Positions 9,847-21,677 of a DNA stretch of 64,000 bases are shown here, piece by piece; position 1 is the stretch's first letter, and every line of letters begins with the position of its first letter. The notes beneath the pieces are model-generated. The model saw only the letters and a program-made list of their open reading frames with translations. It was not told the origin of the DNA and did not search any database. The translations under genes and the position numbers were made by a program. Source of the DNA: Candidatus Velesiimonas alkalicola (GTDB lineage: Bacteria; Omnitrophota; Gorgyraeia; Velesiimonadales; Velesiimonadaceae); NCBI GenBank assembly GCA_013626165.1, contig NDHX01000004.1:64565-128564 (forward strand). Direction: 5' to 3'.

Positions 9847-10510
9847 TATTATCTCTGTAAGGGGTGTAAAAAAAATATACAAAACAGGTGATGAGAATTT
9901 AGAGGTCTTAAAAGGTATAACACTTAATATAATAAAAGCGGATATGGTTTGTATAACAGGGCCCTCAGGCTCGGGCAAGTCAACACTTCTTCATATAATG
10001 GGAGGTCTTGATTGTCCGACGCAAGGTGAGGTTTTTTTAAACAATGAAAACCTGTATCGGATAGGTGAAAAACAAATATCAAAAATAAGAAACAGCAGTT
10101 TGGGTTTTGTATTTCAGTTTTATCATCTTCTTCCTGAATTTACAGCACTTGAAAATGTTGCAATGCCCTGTGTCATAAATGGTGAAAAAAAAGAGTTTGC
10201 TTTTAAGAAGGCAGAAGAAGTTATCAGATACGTAGGGCTTTCAGAAAGGCGCAGACACAGACCATCTGAACTTTCAGGAGGAGAACAACAGAGAGTTGCA
10301 ATAGCAAGGGCAATAATAAATAATCCGCCTGTACTTTTATGCGATGAACCGACAGGGAATCTTCATGCAGATGCCGCACAGGTTGTCTGGACATTGCTTG
10401 AAGACTTAAACATAAGATATAATACGACAATAATATTTGTTACGCACGAAGATTCCCTTGCTAAAAAAGCAAAAAAGATTTTTCATCTGAAAGATGGACA
10501 GATAATATAG
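9839..10510 (+). CDS. lolD: lipoprotein-releasing ABC transporter ATP-binding protein LolD
   Basis: Walker [10 protein letters not shown], signature LSGGEQQR, Walker B LLCDEPT. Confidence 0.85.
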   Translation: MNNIISVRGVKKIYKTGDENLEVLKGITLNIIKADMVCITGPSGSGKSTLLHIMGGLDCPTQGEVFLNNENLYRIGEKQISKIRNSSLGFVFQFYHLLPEFTALENVAMPCVINGEKKEFAFKKAEEVIRYVGLSERRRHRPSELSGGEQQRVAIARAIINNPPVLLCDEPTGNLHADAAQVVWTLLEDLNIRYNTTIIFVTHEDSLAKKAKKIFHLKDGQII

Positions 10511-10518
10511 GAGAAATA

Positions 10519-11025
10519 ATGTTTTGTCAGGTATGCGGGAAAAAAACTGCAACAGTTCATGTTACTGAAATAATAAATGACAAGCCCAAAGAACAGCATC
10601 TGTGTCAGAACTGTGCGGCAAAAAAAAATATTACATCAGAGGCACTTGCTACACTTCTTGCAGGACTTCTGGATATTGAAAAAACTTTTGAAAAAAAAGA
10701 AGGTGTCTTAATAAAATGTCAGATATGTCATCTTACGCAGGAAGATTTTAGAAAAAAAGGTATGCTTGGATGTTCCAAATGTTATGAGACATTTCAAAAA
10801 ATACTCAGTCCATTATTAAAAAAAATACATGGGGCAGACCAGCATAGGGGCAAGGCACCCTCAGGGGGTGTTGTTCCCACACAAACCATAGAAAATCAGA
10901 TAGCAATGTTAAAAGAAAGGTTAGAAACTGCAATCCAGACAGAACAGTTTGAAGAAGCAGCAAGGATCAGGGACGAAATAAAAACACTTACCCAATCTGT
11001 TAAGTCTAAAGAGCCTGTTGCATAA
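10519..11025 (+). CDS. McsA-like protein: four CxxC zinc ribbons plus C-terminal UvrB/UvrC (UVR) motif
   Basis: CQVC, CQNC, CQIC, CSKC pairs; C-terminal QFEEAARIRDEIKTL UVR motif. Confidence 0.6.
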   Translation: MFCQVCGKKTATVHVTEIINDKPKEQHLCQNCAAKKNITSEALATLLAGLLDIEKTFEKKEGVLIKCQICHLTQEDFRKKGMLGCSKCYETFQKILSPLLKKIHGADQHRGKAPSGGVVPTQTIENQIAMLKERLETAIQTEQFEEAARIRDEIKTLTQSVKSKEPVA

Positions 11026-11067
11026 CCAGAGCACCAGTGCACCAGCGCACCAGTGCACCAGAACACC
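11025..11067. repeat. tandem octamer repeat (ACCAGNGC)x5
   Basis: accagagc accagtgc accagcgc accagtgc accagaac. Confidence 0.85.
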
Positions 11068-11148
11068 CCACCCTCAAAAAAAACAAATAAAAAGTAGTAT
11101 ATTCCAGAAAATTGACAATGTTCTACTTTGGTGGTATGATTATGCAAA

Positions 11149-12015
11149 ATGAAAATAAAAATTTTTGCACCGGCAAAGATAAACCTTTTTTTAAAAATTA
11201 GAAATAAAAGAAAAAACAGTTATTATAACCTTCAAACAGTTTTCCATTCAATAGGATTGTTTGATATAATTACCTTAAAACGAATACAGAAAGGGATAGA
11301 TTTTACAAGTTCAGGTATTAAGTGTCCCGGACTTTCTTCAAATATTGTTGTAAAGGCTGCAAGGATTTTAAAAAAGTGGAATAATGTCCAAAAAGGTGTT
11401 CATATCCATCTTCATAAAAGTATTCCAGTCGGAAGAGGATTGGGGGGCGGTTCATCAGATGCGGCATCTGTTCTTTTGGGTTTAAATACTCTTTGGGGCT
11501 TAAAAATAGATAGAAAAGAACTGATAGGTATAGCAAAAAAATTAGGTGCTGATGTTCCTTTTTTTATAACAGGTTATACCTGTGCTCAAGCAACAGGCAC
11601 AGGCGATATATTGACACCCATAAAAGCTGGTTGTAGTATATGGTATATCTTGCTTGATCCGGGGATAAATATTTCTACAAAAAAAATATTTCAAGAATGG
11701 GATAAACAAAAAAAGAAGGTTCATATAAGAGGAAATTTGTCTGATATTTCTAGTGCGGTTTCTAATGGAGATTTTAAGAGTATCTGTAGATTAATGGGGA
11801 ATGACTTTTTATTCTATATCCATACCAATAGGATAATATATAATGCATATAATTATTTTAAACTTCAAATTTCTAATGTATCCATAACAGGAAGCGGTAG
11901 TTGTTTGTTCACCATATGCAATAACAAACAACAGGCATTAAAAATCTTAAAAAAAATAAAAAAACAATCTTTATATAAAACATATCTTGTAAAAGGATTA
12001 GAAGACAGTAGGTAG
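11149..12015 (+). CDS. ispE: 4-diphosphocytidyl-2-C-methyl-D-erythritol kinase
   Basis: N-terminal APAKINLFLKI motif and GHMP-kinase glycine-rich loop PVGRGLGGGSSDAA. Confidence 0.85.
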   Translation: MKIKIFAPAKINLFLKIRNKRKNSYYNLQTVFHSIGLFDIITLKRIQKGIDFTSSGIKCPGLSSNIVVKAARILKKWNNVQKGVHIHLHKSIPVGRGLGGGSSDAASVLLGLNTLWGLKIDRKELIGIAKKLGADVPFFITGYTCAQATGTGDILTPIKAGCSIWYILLDPGINISTKKIFQEWDKQKKKVHIRGNLSDISSAVSNGDFKSICRLMGNDFLFYIHTNRIIYNAYNYFKLQISNVSITGSGSCLFTICNNKQQALKILKKIKKQSLYKTYLVKGLEDSR

Positions 12016-12037
12016 TAGGTAGTAGGTAGTAGATAGG
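12008..12037. repeat. tandem GTAGGTA heptad repeat
   Basis: gtaggta gtaggta gtaggta gtagata gg. Confidence 0.8.
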
Positions 12038-12044
12038 GGAATGG

Positions 12045-13157
12045 ATGGCGGATAAAATATACAATATTGCTGTTATAGGGGGAGATGGGACAGGACCTGA
12101 GGTTGTACGGGAAGGTAAAAAGGTTCTGGATGCTGTCTGTTCAAGGTTCGGATTTAATCTAAATTATATAGAATATGATTTTGGTGGGGAAAGATATCTA
12201 AAAACAGGGGAGGCGTTTGCGTCTTCTGCAATTGATGACTTAAAAAAAACAGATGCAATATATTTAGGTGCCATAGGACATCCTGATGTAAGGCCCGGCA
12301 TACTTGAAAGGGGCATACTATTAAAAATAAGATTTGAATTGGACCAGTATATAAACATAAGACCCGTAAAACTGTATGATGAGAGATTTACGCCTCTAAA
12401 AGACAAAACTCCGAAAGACATAGATTTTATTGTTGTAAGAGAAAACACAGAGGGACTATATACAGGAATGGGTGGAGTTCAATATAAGGGAACGCAACAG
12501 GAGGTATCAACACAGGTTCATTGCACAACAAGGTTTGGGGCAGAAAGAGCCATAAGATATGCTTTTGAGGTTTGCAAGGCAAGGCATTTAAAGAAGATGT
12601 GGCAGGGGCTCTCTGATGATGAGAAAAAGCAGGGTTTCAAGGGCAAGGTTCATCTTGTTGCAAAAACAAATGTTTTAACCTTTGTTCATGATACCTGGTG
12701 GAGGGCATTTAATGAGGTTGGAGAAAAAAATTATCCCGATATAAAAACAGACTATGCACATGTGGATGCCACAGCAATGTGGCTTGTGAAAAATCCCGAG
12801 TGGTTTGATGTGATTGTAACAGAGAATATGTTTGGAGACATTATAACTGACCTTGGTGCTATGATTCAGGGTGGGATGGGTATCGCAGCCGGCGGCAATA
12901 TAAACCCTAAAGGTATATCTATGTTTGAACCTATAGGTGGTTCTGCGCCAAAATATACCGGTAAAAATATTATAAATCCGCTTGCTGCAATATGTGCAGC
13001 TGGTATGATGCTTGAAAATTTAGGAGAAATCCAATCTGCACAGGCAATAGAAAACTCTGTAATAAAAGTCGTGAGAGAAAAATTAAAAAGTCTTGCAGCA
13101 GGAAAAATGGGATATTCAACAACAGAAGTCGGAGATATGATTGCTAAATTTATTTGA
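12045..13157 (+). CDS. isocitrate/3-isopropylmalate dehydrogenase family protein (LeuB/tartrate dehydrogenase-like)
   Basis: N-terminal [13 protein letters not shown] and overall IDH/IPMDH fold signature. Confidence 0.7.
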   Translation: MADKIYNIAVIGGDGTGPEVVREGKKVLDAVCSRFGFNLNYIEYDFGGERYLKTGEAFASSAIDDLKKTDAIYLGAIGHPDVRPGILERGILLKIRFELDQYINIRPVKLYDERFTPLKDKTPKDIDFIVVRENTEGLYTGMGGVQYKGTQQEVSTQVHCTTRFGAERAIRYAFEVCKARHLKKMWQGLSDDEKKQGFKGKVHLVAKTNVLTFVHDTWWRAFNEVGEKNYPDIKTDYAHVDATAMWLVKNPEWFDVIVTENMFGDIITDLGAMIQGGMGIAAGGNINPKGISMFEPIGGSAPKYTGKNIINPLAAICAAGMMLENLGEIQSAQAIENSVIKVVREKLKSLAAGKMGYSTTEVGDMIAKFI

Positions 13158-13777
13158 ATATGCCTCTTATAAAAGATATAATGCTTGCTTCAATTTCTGT
13201 GTTCGTAGCGGTTGATGCCATCGGGGTGCTTCCAATATACATTGGACTTACAGAAGGGTTGTCATCTCAACAGAGAAAGGAACTTCTCAAGAACTCTGTT
13301 CTTACTGCACTTGTGGTAGCATTAGGATTTCTTTTTGCAGGGAAAATCCTTTTGAGTTTTCTCAGAATAACAATTTCAGATTTTATGGTTGCAGGAGGAG
13401 CGGTTCTTTTTATCTTTGCTATGAGGGATCTACTTAAGACAGATGAAAGAAACAGGCATATAACCGATATCCAACCAGGCACCACCAGTGGTACCGGGTT
13501 GGGTGTTGTGCCCATAGGTGTGCCTCTTATCGTGGGCCCTGCTGTTTTAACAACAGTGCTTCTTTGTATAGATGTGTATGGTTATGTTGCTACATTGGTT
13601 GCAGTGCTTTTAAATATCTTTTTTGCAGGGTTTGTATTTCTATCTTCAAGCACAATAATAAGATTTTTAGGTAAGAGCGGGGTAAGAGCAATATCAAAAA
13701 TAGCCAGTCTTTTTCTTGCATCAATTGCTGTTATGCTTATAAGAAGAGGGATTCAAACAATGATAAGGACTCTATAA
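13154..13777 (+). CDS. MarC family (UPF0056) integral membrane protein
   Basis: Six predicted TM segments; MarC-like N-terminus LASISVFVAVDAIGVLPIY. Confidence 0.65.
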   Translation: MNMPLIKDIMLASISVFVAVDAIGVLPIYIGLTEGLSSQQRKELLKNSVLTALVVALGFLFAGKILLSFLRITISDFMVAGGAVLFIFAMRDLLKTDERNRHITDIQPGTTSGTGLGVVPIGVPLIVGPAVLTTVLLCIDVYGYVATLVAVLLNIFFAGFVFLSSSTIIRFLGKSGVRAISKIASLFLASIAVMLIRRGIQTMIRTL

Positions 13778-13793
13778 GAAAAGGAAGAAAAAT

Positions 13794-14150
13794 ATGACAG
13801 ACCTTTTATCGCAGATAAATCAAATATCAGACCCTAAAAATCTGACTGATATTGAAAAAAAACATACACCTGTTATAACAGCGCCTGATTTTATAAAACC
13901 GGAACAACCTATAACAGTTATCATTGAAGTAGGTAGGCTGGCTTCGCATCCAAACGAGATAAATCACTTTATAGGATTCATAGAACTCTACCAGAACGAT
14001 GTTTTTATCGCAAGAGTTGATATGTCCCCTTCCAGAATAAATCCGAAAGTAATATTTGAGATAATACCAAAATATCCTGGAATGTTAAAAGTAATTGCAG
14101 GTTGCAATATTCACGGTGTATGGCAGGCAACAAAAGATTTGACATTGTAG
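13794..14150 (+). CDS. superoxide reductase (neelaredoxin/1Fe-SOR type)
   Basis: EKKHTPVI (EKHVP-like) motif, His ligands and C-terminal CNIHGVW (CNxHGxW) motif. Confidence 0.75.
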   Translation: MTDLLSQINQISDPKNLTDIEKKHTPVITAPDFIKPEQPITVIIEVGRLASHPNEINHFIGFIELYQNDVFIARVDMSPSRINPKVIFEIIPKYPGMLKVIAGCNIHGVWQATKDLTL

Positions 14151-14160
14151 TACTTAAAAA

Positions 14161-14196
14161 GGTGCACCAGCGCACCAGAGCACCAGAGCACCAGGG
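14161..14196. repeat. tandem GCACCAGN repeat block, flanked by a 31-bp direct duplication of the SOR gene 3' end (14128-14158 and 14197-14227)
   Basis: caacaaaagatttgacattgtagtacttaaa occurs twice on either side of the block. Confidence 0.85.
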
Positions 14197-14264
14197 CAAC
14201 AAAAGATTTGACATTGTAGTACTTAAAGAGCGCATTGCATAATTACTCATAGAACTGGTGTTCT

Positions 14265-14365
14265 GGTGTCTGGCGCACTGGTGTCTGGTGCTCTGGTGCT
14301 CTGGTGCCCTGGTGCCCTGGTGCTCTGGTGCCCTGGTGCCCTGGTGCCCTGGTGTCTGGTGCTCT
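14265..14365. repeat. tandem CTGGTG(N)(N) repeat block (~13 units; inverse orientation of GCACCAGN)
   Basis: ctggtgtt ctggtgt ctggcgca ... ctggtgcc ctggtgcc; can pair with block 14161-14196. Confidence 0.85.
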
Positions 14366-14388
14366 AAAAGGCAGGAAGGTGAGTTAAA

Positions 14389-15780
14389 ATGTCTGATCCA
14401 CTGTTAAAGGAATACATAAGTATCTCAGAGATTGTAGGCCCACTGGTCTTGATAGAGGGTGTTGAAGGAGTAAAATACGGGGAGATTGCAAATTTTATTC
14501 TTCCTGATGCTCAGATAAGAACAGGGAAAGTGTTGGAGGTTAGTTATGATAAGGCTCTTGTTCAGGTTTTTGAAGGAACAAGAGGAATGGACATTGGAAC
14601 GAGCAGGATAAGATTTTTAGGAAAAGGTATAACATTTGGTGTCTCTGCTGATATTGTTGGAAGAATATTTGACGGTATGGGAAGACCTAAGGATAAAGGA
14701 AAAAGTCCTATACCAGACAGGCGGGCTGATATAAATGGGAATCCTATAAATCCTCGGTCGCGGGATTATCCTTCAGAATTTATACAAACCGGAATCTCTG
14801 CAATAGACGGACTTAATACACTTGTAAGAGGACAGAAACTTCCGATATTCTCAGGTTCAGGGTTGCCGCATTCCAATATTGCCGCTCAGGTTGCAAGACA
14901 ATCAAAAGTTTTAGATGAACAGGGAAGCTTTGCAGTTGTATTCGGTGCAATAGGTATAACATTTGAAGAAGCAGAGTTTTTTATATCAGACTTTAACCGA
15001 ACAGGTGCCATAGAAAGGGCTGTTCTTTTTATAAATCTTGCAGATGAGCCGGCCATAGAAAGGATTTCAACCCCTCGGATGGCATTAACGACCGCTGAAT
15101 ATTTAGCATTTGAACTTGATATGCATGTTCTTGTAATACTTACAGACATCACATTTTATTGTGAAGCACTAAGAGAAGTGTCTGCTGCAAGAAAGGAGAT
15201 ACCGGGAAGGAGGGGGTATCCGGGCTATCTTTATACAGACCTTGCCACACTGTATGAAAGAGCGGGGCGTTTAAAGGAAAAAAAAGGTTCAATAACACTT
15301 ATCCCTGTTCTTACAATGCCTGATGATGACAAGACACATCCCATACCCGATCTTACAGGTTACATCACAGAAGGACAGATTATGGTAAGCCGTTCTCTTC
15401 ACAGAAAAGGTGTATATCCGCCCATAGATGTGCTTCCCAGTCTTTCCAGATTAAGAGACAAGGGCATAGGAAAGGAAAAGACAAGAGAGGACCATCCGGA
15501 TGTTGCCAACCAACTATTTGCATGCTATGCAAGAGGCAAAGAGGCAAAAGAGCTTGCGATCATACTCGGCGAATCTGCGCTTTCAGATATAGACAAACTG
15601 TACTCTTCTTTTGCGGACGAATTTGAAGAAAAATTTATCCGACAAGGGCAAGATGAAGAAAGAACCATAAGTAAGACACTTGATACAGGATGGAAAATTT
15701 TAAACAAACTTCCCAAGGGAGAATTAAAGCGCATCAGGATAGAGTGTCTTGACAAATATTATAAAGAGTCTGTTGTATAA
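14389..15780 (+). CDS. V/A-type ATPase subunit B-like protein (orphan)
   Basis: Degenerate non-catalytic P-loop region [21 protein letters not shown] typical of V-type B subunits (no GxxxxGK[ST]); no other V-ATPase subunits in window. Confidence 0.7.
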   Translation: MSDPLLKEYISISEIVGPLVLIEGVEGVKYGEIANFILPDAQIRTGKVLEVSYDKALVQVFEGTRGMDIGTSRIRFLGKGITFGVSADIVGRIFDGMGRPKDKGKSPIPDRRADINGNPINPRSRDYPSEFIQTGISAIDGLNTLVRGQKLPIFSGSGLPHSNIAAQVARQSKVLDEQGSFAVVFGAIGITFEEAEFFISDFNRTGAIERAVLFINLADEPAIERISTPRMALTTAEYLAFELDMHVLVILTDITFYCEALREVSAARKEIPGRRGYPGYLYTDLATLYERAGRLKEKKGSITLIPVLTMPDDDKTHPIPDLTGYITEGQIMVSRSLHRKGVYPPIDVLPSLSRLRDKGIGKEKTREDHPDVANQLFACYARGKEAKELAIILGESALSDIDKLYSSFADEFEEKFIRQGQDEERTISKTLDTGWKILNKLPKGELKRIRIECLDKYYKESVV

Positions 15781-15794
15781 TTCCAATAGAACAG

Positions 15795-15894
15795 ACACCA
15801 GTGCACCAGACACCAGGGCACCAGTGCACCTGAGCACCAGAGCACCAGTGCGCCAGACACCAGGGCACCAGACACCAATGCACCAGAACACCAG
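15795..15894. repeat. tandem (A/G)CACCAGN repeat block (~13 units)
   Basis: acaccagt gcaccaga caccaggg caccagtg ... Confidence 0.85.
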
Positions 15895-15980
15895 TTTATA
15901 CCGATGTCTGTTCCCATTCCCATACAACACTCAAATCCCCTTGCCTTTTTAAAAATACATAATAAAATAGTATTTGTAGA

Positions 15981-17108
15981 ATGCCAAAGAATGCAATACT
16001 TGCACTTGAATCGGGTAAGACTTTTGAAGGTTTATCTTTTGGATGTGAAGGTGAAGCCTACGGAGAAGTAGTTTTTAATACAAGCATCACAGGTTATCAG
16101 GAAATTCTTACAGATCCCTCCTATTATGGTCAGATAGTCTGTATGACCTATCCTCTTATCGGTAATTACGGTGTTAATTCAATTGATGTAGAATCGGAAA
16201 AGCCGCAGGTCCAAGGCTTTATAATAAAAGAACTTTCTCTGCTGTCTTCAAACTTTAGACAGGAAAAAACATTACAGGAGTATTTTGTTGAAAATAAGGT
16301 TCTTGGGATACAGGGAATAGATACGAGGGAACTTACCATACACTTGCGCCGTTCAGGCTCAAAAAAAGGGGTTATCTCAACAATAGACCTGAACAGAAAA
16401 AGCCTTATTGAAAAGGCTAAAAAAAGCCCTGGTATTGTGGGAATAGACCTTGTCCAAGAAGTAACCTGTCAGAAGCCTTACACCTGGGAAGAGCCAGTTT
16501 GTGATATAGGAGGTCCTATTGTAAAATCTTTTGAAAAAAAACTTACAGTGGTTGTGCTTGACTGCGGTACAAAAAGAAATATTTTGAGACTGCTTGTAAC
16601 AAGAGGATGCCATACCATTGTTGTTCCAGCTTCTACCGATTATAAACAAATTCAAGATAAAAATCCGGATGGTGTTTTACTTTCAAATGGCCCCGGAGAT
16701 CCTGCGGCTATTCCATATGTGGTAGAGACTGTAAAGAATCTGGTGGGTAAAGTTCCGATATTTGGCATTTGTCTTGGCCATCAGATACTTGGGCTTGCGT
16801 TTGGCGGAAAAACATATAAACTAAAATTTGGACACAGGGGGGCAAATCAGCCTGTGATGAACCTTAAAACAGGAAAAGTTGAAATCACAAGTCAAAATCA
16901 TGGTTTTGCGGTTGATACACAGTCTATTAAAGATAATGATGTGGAACTTACACATATAAATCTTAATGATAAAACATCAGAAGGATTAAGACACAAGAGT
17001 TTACCTGTTTTTTCTGTTCAGTATCATCCCGAGGCCTCTCCGGGCCCTCAGGATTCAAATTATCTGTTTGATGAATTTATAAAATTATGCCTAAAAAAAC
17101 TGATATAA
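15981..17108 (+). CDS. carA: carbamoyl-phosphate synthase small subunit
   Basis: CPSase small-chain N domain plus class I glutamine amidotransferase catalytic Cys (GICLGHQ). Confidence 0.9.
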   Translation: MPKNAILALESGKTFEGLSFGCEGEAYGEVVFNTSITGYQEILTDPSYYGQIVCMTYPLIGNYGVNSIDVESEKPQVQGFIIKELSLLSSNFRQEKTLQEYFVENKVLGIQGIDTRELTIHLRRSGSKKGVISTIDLNRKSLIEKAKKSPGIVGIDLVQEVTCQKPYTWEEPVCDIGGPIVKSFEKKLTVVVLDCGTKRNILRLLVTRGCHTIVVPASTDYKQIQDKNPDGVLLSNGPGDPAAIPYVVETVKNLVGKVPIFGICLGHQILGLAFGGKTYKLKFGHRGANQPVMNLKTGKVEITSQNHGFAVDTQSIKDNDVELTHINLNDKTSEGLRHKSLPVFSVQYHPEASPGPQDSNYLFDEFIKLCLKKLI

Positions 17109-20100
17109 AAAAAGTTCTTCTTATCGGCTCAGGCCCTATTATCATAGGGCAGGCTTGTGAGTTTGATTATTCGGGGACACAGGCCTGCAAGGCACTTCGT
17201 GAAGAAGGTATTAAGGTTGTTCTTATTAATTCAAATCCTGCAACCATTATGACAGACCCTGAATTTGCAGACTCAACATACATAGAGCCCATCACTGCGG
17301 AGTTTGTAGAAAAAATAATAGAAAAAGAAATGCCCGATGCACTTCTTCCAACACTCGGGGGGCAGACCGCTTTAAATGTTTCTGTTCAGGTTGCAGAAAA
17401 AGGTGTGCTTGAAAAATATAATGTAAAAATGATAGGTGCATCTTTGCAGGCTATAAAAAAAGCAGAAGACAGAGACCTTTTCAAGAAAGCAATGAAAAAC
17501 ATAGGACTTGAATTGCCCAAAAGTTCATATGTAAAAAACATTGAAACCGCAAGAGAAGTACTTAAAGAGATAAATCTTCCTGTTGTTATAAGGCCTTCAT
17601 TTACTCTCGGAGGAACAGGTGGAGGAATAGCCTATAATATAGATGAGTTTGAACAGGTTGTAGCCCTTGGGCTTTCTCTTAGTATGAATGGCACAGTACT
17701 TATAGAAGAATCCGTTGCCGGCTGGAAAGAATTTGAACTTGAGGTAATGAGGGATAAAAATGATAATGTTGTAATTATATGTTCTATAGAAAATTTTGAC
17801 CCTATGGGAGTTCATACAGGCGATTCAATTACTGTTGCACCCGCTCAGACGCTTACAGATAAGGAATATCAGAGGATGAGAAATGCAGCAATTGCCTGTA
17901 TAAGAGAGATAGGGGTTGATACAGGAGGTTCAAACATACAATTTGCAATAGATCCCAAAGATGGAAAAATGGTGGTTATAGAAATGAATCCAAGGGTTTC
18001 CCGTTCTTCTGCCTTAGCATCAAAAGCAACAGGATTTCCTATCGCAAAGATTGCTACCAAACTTGCTATCGGATATACGCTTGATGAAATACCGAATGAT
18101 ATAACAAGATACACCCCTGCCAGTTTTGAACCCACCATAGATTATTGTGTTGTAAAAGTCCCAAGGTTCACATTTGAAAAATTCCCCCTGGCGGACCAGA
18201 CACTTACAACACAAATGAAATCTGTCGGGGAAACCATGGCGATAGGAAGAACATTTAAAGAAGCACTGCAAAAGGCTTTAAGAGGACTTGAGATAGGAAG
18301 AAGTGGTCTTGAAATAAAGGGTGAAGATACAGATATTGAAAGAGTTCGCCAAAAACTTTCTATCCCTAATGCAGAAAGGATATTTTATATAAAACAGGCT
18401 ATCTGCCTTGGACTTTCAATAGATGAAATTTATAGCCTTTCCAAAATTGACAGGTGGTTTTTGGCAAACATAAAGGAAATAACAGACATTGAAAACAAAA
18501 TATCACGCCTTAAAATCCGGACAGGGACAAAATTAAAAAATTCTATATCAAGAGAAAACATGCTTCTTGCCAAAAAAAATGGTTTCAGTGACAGACAGAT
18601 CGCAAAAATTATTGGTTCTAGTGGTGAATTAAATATAAGACGCTTAAGAAAGTCACAGAAAATAAAACCGGTTTATAAACTTGTGGATACCTGTGCCGCC
18701 GAGTTTGAGGCATATACCCCTTATTATTATTCTACATATGAGACAGAGGATGAGGTAAGAGTTTCGGATAAGAAAAAAATAATGATACTCGGAGGAGGAC
18801 CCAACAGGATAGGGCAGGGGATAGAATTTGATTATTGCTGTGTTCATGCATCATTTGCTTTAAAGGAACTCGGGTATGAAATTATAATGGTAAATTCAAA
18901 CCCTGAAACGGTTTCAACCGATTATGATATATCCGATAAACTTTATTTTGAACCTCTTACATTTGAAGATGTAATGAATATATATGAAAAGGAAAAGCCG
19001 GATGGCATGATTGTTCAGTTTGGAGGACAAACGCCCCTGAACCTTACATTATCTCTTGCAAAAGCAAAGGTCCACATACTTGGTACACCTGCAGACTCTA
19101 TAGATATAGCGGAAGATAGAAAAAAATTCAGAAGGTTTCTTAATAAATTAAACCTACTACAACCTGAGAATAAGACCGCAACAACTTTGGTTGAGGCAAT
19201 CCGTGTTGCAAAAAAAATCGGATACCCTGTTCTGATAAGACCTTCTTATGTTCTTGGCGGAAGGGCTATGGAGATTGTGTATGACGATGAACAGATTCGT
19301 GAATATATGAAAAAAGCCATTGATGTATCTGATGAAAAGCCTGTACTTATAGATAAATTTCTTGAGGATGCAATAGAGGTAGATGTGGATATGGTAGGAG
19401 ATGGAAAAAATTTCTGTATAGGAGGTATACTTGAACATATTGAAGATGCAGGTGTTCATTCAGGGGATGCTGCAATGGTTTTGCCCCCACACACATTGGC
19501 AGATGAGATAATAAATAAAATAACAGGTGCGACATATGTAATGGCAAGGGCGCTCTGTATCAAAGGACTTATGAATGTTCAGTTTGCAGTCAAGGGAGAT
19601 ATGGTGTATGTACTTGAAGTTAATCCGAGGGCATCCAGAACAGTTCCGTTTGTATCAAAAGCAATAGGTATTCCTCTTGCAAAAATTGCAGCAAAAATTA
19701 TGGTAGGCAAAACATTAAAAGAATCGGGGTTTTCCCAAGGAAAACAAATGGATTATTTTTGCGTGAAAGAAACTGTATTCCCGTTCACAAAGTTCAGGGG
19801 AGTTGATATACTTCTTGGGCCCGAGATGCGTTCAACGGGTGAAGTGATGGGAATCAATAAAAATTTTGGAAAAGCATTCCTTAAATCACAAATTGCAGCA
19901 GGACAGAAAATTCCTTCAACAGGCACAGTATTTATAAGCGTAAGCAACAGAGACAAACGTGACATACCCGCAGTTGCAAGAAGATTTTATGATATGGGGT
20001 TTAAAATTGTTTCAACGGCTGGAACAGCAAAGGTATTAAAAAATGCAAATATACCTGTTCAAGAAATCTGGAAGGTTCAGGAAGGAAGACCCAATGTTCT

Positions 20101-20350
20101 TGATTTGATGAAAAATAACCAGATACATCTTGTTGTAAATACACCGTCGGGTAAAATACCGAGGAACCATGAGGCTATGATAAGGTCTCTTGCTGTGACA
20201 TTAGGGATTCCCACATTTACAACAGTTGCAGGTGCATCGGCTTGTGCCTCTGGTATATATGAGACAAGAAACACTGTTGCAGATGTTTGTTCTTTGCAAG
20301 AATATTACCTGTTGAACTCTCGCAGACAGAGACAGGCAGGTAAAATGTGA
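17087..20350 (+). CDS. carB: carbamoyl-phosphate synthase large subunit
   Basis: 1087 aa, duplicated ATP-grasp halves, MGS-like C-terminal domain. Confidence 0.9.
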   Translation: MPKKTDIKKVLLIGSGPIIIGQACEFDYSGTQACKALREEGIKVVLINSNPATIMTDPEFADSTYIEPITAEFVEKIIEKEMPDALLPTLGGQTALNVSVQVAEKGVLEKYNVKMIGASLQAIKKAEDRDLFKKAMKNIGLELPKSSYVKNIETAREVLKEINLPVVIRPSFTLGGTGGGIAYNIDEFEQVVALGLSLSMNGTVLIEESVAGWKEFELEVMRDKNDNVVIICSIENFDPMGVHTGDSITVAPAQTLTDKEYQRMRNAAIACIREIGVDTGGSNIQFAIDPKDGKMVVIEMNPRVSRSSALASKATGFPIAKIATKLAIGYTLDEIPNDITRYTPASFEPTIDYCVVKVPRFTFEKFPLADQTLTTQMKSVGETMAIGRTFKEALQKALRGLEIGRSGLEIKGEDTDIERVRQKLSIPNAERIFYIKQAICLGLSIDEIYSLSKIDRWFLANIKEITDIENKISRLKIRTGTKLKNSISRENMLLAKKNGFSDRQIAKIIGSSGELNIRRLRKSQKIKPVYKLVDTCAAEFEAYTPYYYSTYETEDEVRVSDKKKIMILGGGPNRIGQGIEFDYCCVHASFALKELGYEIIMVNSNPETVSTDYDISDKLYFEPLTFEDVMNIYEKEKPDGMIVQFGGQTPLNLTLSLAKAKVHILGTPADSIDIAEDRKKFRRFLNKLNLLQPENKTATTLVEAIRVAKKIGYPVLIRPSYVLGGRAMEIVYDDEQIREYMKKAIDVSDEKPVLIDKFLEDAIEVDVDMVGDGKNFCIGGILEHIEDAGVHSGDAAMVLPPHTLADEIINKITGATYVMARALCIKGLMNVQFAVKGDMVYVLEVNPRASRTVPFVSKAIGIPLAKIAAKIMVGKTLKESGFSQGKQMDYFCVKETVFPFTKFRGVDILLGPEMRSTGEVMGINKNFGKAFLKSQIAAGQKIPSTGTVFISVSNRDKRDIPAVARRFYDMGFKIVSTAGTAKVLKNANIPVQEIWKVQEGRPNVLDLMKNNQIHLVVNTPSGKIPRNHEAMIRSLAVTLGIPTFTTVAGASACASGIYETRNTVADVCSLQEYYLLNSRRQRQAGKM

Positions 20351-20955
20351 AAGTCTCTAAACTGTTCATTAAAACAATCTGTGTAGGTCCTCTTGGAACA
20401 AACTGTTATTTGGTTGCAGATAAAGAAACAGGACAGGCAATAATTATTGACCCGGGCTCAGATGCAGATGTAATAAAAAAACAAGTCTTAAACTTAAAAC
20501 TGTCCGTTATTGCCATTGTCAATACACATGGACATATAGACCATATTGGAGCAAACCCTGAGTTTGATTATCCCGTATGGATTCACAAAGATGATGCGCA
20601 GTGTTTAACAGACTCAGATTCAAACCTTTCATATTCTTTCCTCGGTTCATTTTTTCGGTCAAGAAAACCATCTAAGATTCTTGAAGATGAAGATATTATA
20701 AGTGTTGGTAGCATAAATTTAAAATGCATACACACGCCTGGACATACACCAGGAAGTATGTGTCTTTATACAGAAGGAAGTCTGTTCAGCGGCGATACAC
20801 TTTTTAAGAAAGGGGTGGGCAGAACAGACCTGCTGGGCGGTTCACAAAAGCAATTAGAAATCTCTATAAGAGAAAAACTTTTTGTTTTATCAGGGCAAAC
20901 CATTGTTTGGCCAGGACATGGAGAACCCACAACGATAGCAGATGAGATGGAATAA
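20347..20955 (+). CDS. MBL-fold metallo-hydrolase (glyoxalase II-like)
   Basis: HGHIDHIG metal-binding motif and downstream His/Asp ligands. Confidence 0.7.
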   Translation: MKVSKLFIKTICVGPLGTNCYLVADKETGQAIIIDPGSDADVIKKQVLNLKLSVIAIVNTHGHIDHIGANPEFDYPVWIHKDDAQCLTDSDSNLSYSFLGSFFRSRKPSKILEDEDIISVGSINLKCIHTPGHTPGSMCLYTEGSLFSGDTLFKKGVGRTDLLGGSQKQLEISIREKLFVLSGQTIVWPGHGEPTTIADEME

Positions 20956-21095
20956 GGAACCCGTATTCTGCTATCCGTATGTTGTCGCCCGTTTTTTACA
21001 GAATACAGAATATGGAATACAGACGACGGTTTTTATTATGAGATACTGGCAGAGAACTGGTAATATCAAAATTTTTGCAACAGGTTCCATAAATT

Positions 21096-21677
21096 ATGTT
21101 TAAAAATCTTGCAAATATTCTTACTTTGTTAAGAATTGTGTGTGCATTTTTTTTTATATGGTTTGTTCTAAAACAGACCCTTTTTTTTAATTTTCTTGCT
21201 ATGTGTATTTTTATTATAGCGGGTATTTCTGATTATTTAGATGGTTTTATTGCAAGAAGGACCAATGCAATCAGCGGTTTTGGAAAATTGCTTGACCCTG
21301 TGGCAGATAAAATTTTTGTACTTGGAGCATTTATTTCATTTGTCAGGCTTTCTATAGTTCCGGTCTGGGTAGTTGTAGTAATAATATTCAGAGAACTTTT
21401 AGTAACTGGTTTAAGAGTTTTTGCCGCGTACAATGGAAAACTTATACCAGCAGAAATTTCAGGTAAACATAAAACAGCCTGGCAGATGGGAGTTATTTTC
21501 TTTATACTGTTATGGCTTTTATTGGATTCTGTCCACTACAATAATGTCAAGGGCTTTTTACAAAGTTATGAATGGTTTTTTAAAGGCTGCGTAAGCATAC
21601 TTATGTTTATTGTTCTTGTAATTACTTTATGGTCGGGATGGAAATTCCTGTGGAATAATAAAGAAATTATAGGATGA
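21096..21677 (+). CDS. pgsA: CDP-diacylglycerol--glycerol-3-phosphate 3-phosphatidyltransferase
   Basis: CDP-alcohol phosphatidyltransferase motif DYLDGFIARR...GKLLDPVADK. Confidence 0.8.
   Translation: MFKNLANILTLLRIVCAFFFIWFVLKQTLFFNFLAMCIFIIAGISDYLDGFIARRTNAISGFGKLLDPVADKIFVLGAFISFVRLSIVPVWVVVVIIFRELLVTGLRVFAAYNGKLIPAEISGKHKTAWQMGVIFFILLWLLLDSVHYNNVKGFLQSYEWFFKGCVSILMFIVLVITLWSGWKFLWNNKEIIG

Noticed and set aside
14005-14250. Minus-strand ORF (81 aa) with repetitive GALVRWC peptide
   Set aside because: It is a translation of the GCACCAGN tandem repeat and the duplicated SOR 3' end. It overlaps the SOR gene.
11025-15894. Possibility that the short tandem repeats are CRISPR arrays
   Set aside because: The units are 7-8 bp with no unique spacers, and there are no cas genes. 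They are minisatellite-like, not CRISPR.
15724-15952. Overlapping + and - ORFs (67-68 aa) after the ntpB-like gene
   Set aside because: Both are read through the octamer repeat array (repetitive APV/GALV peptides). No RBS.
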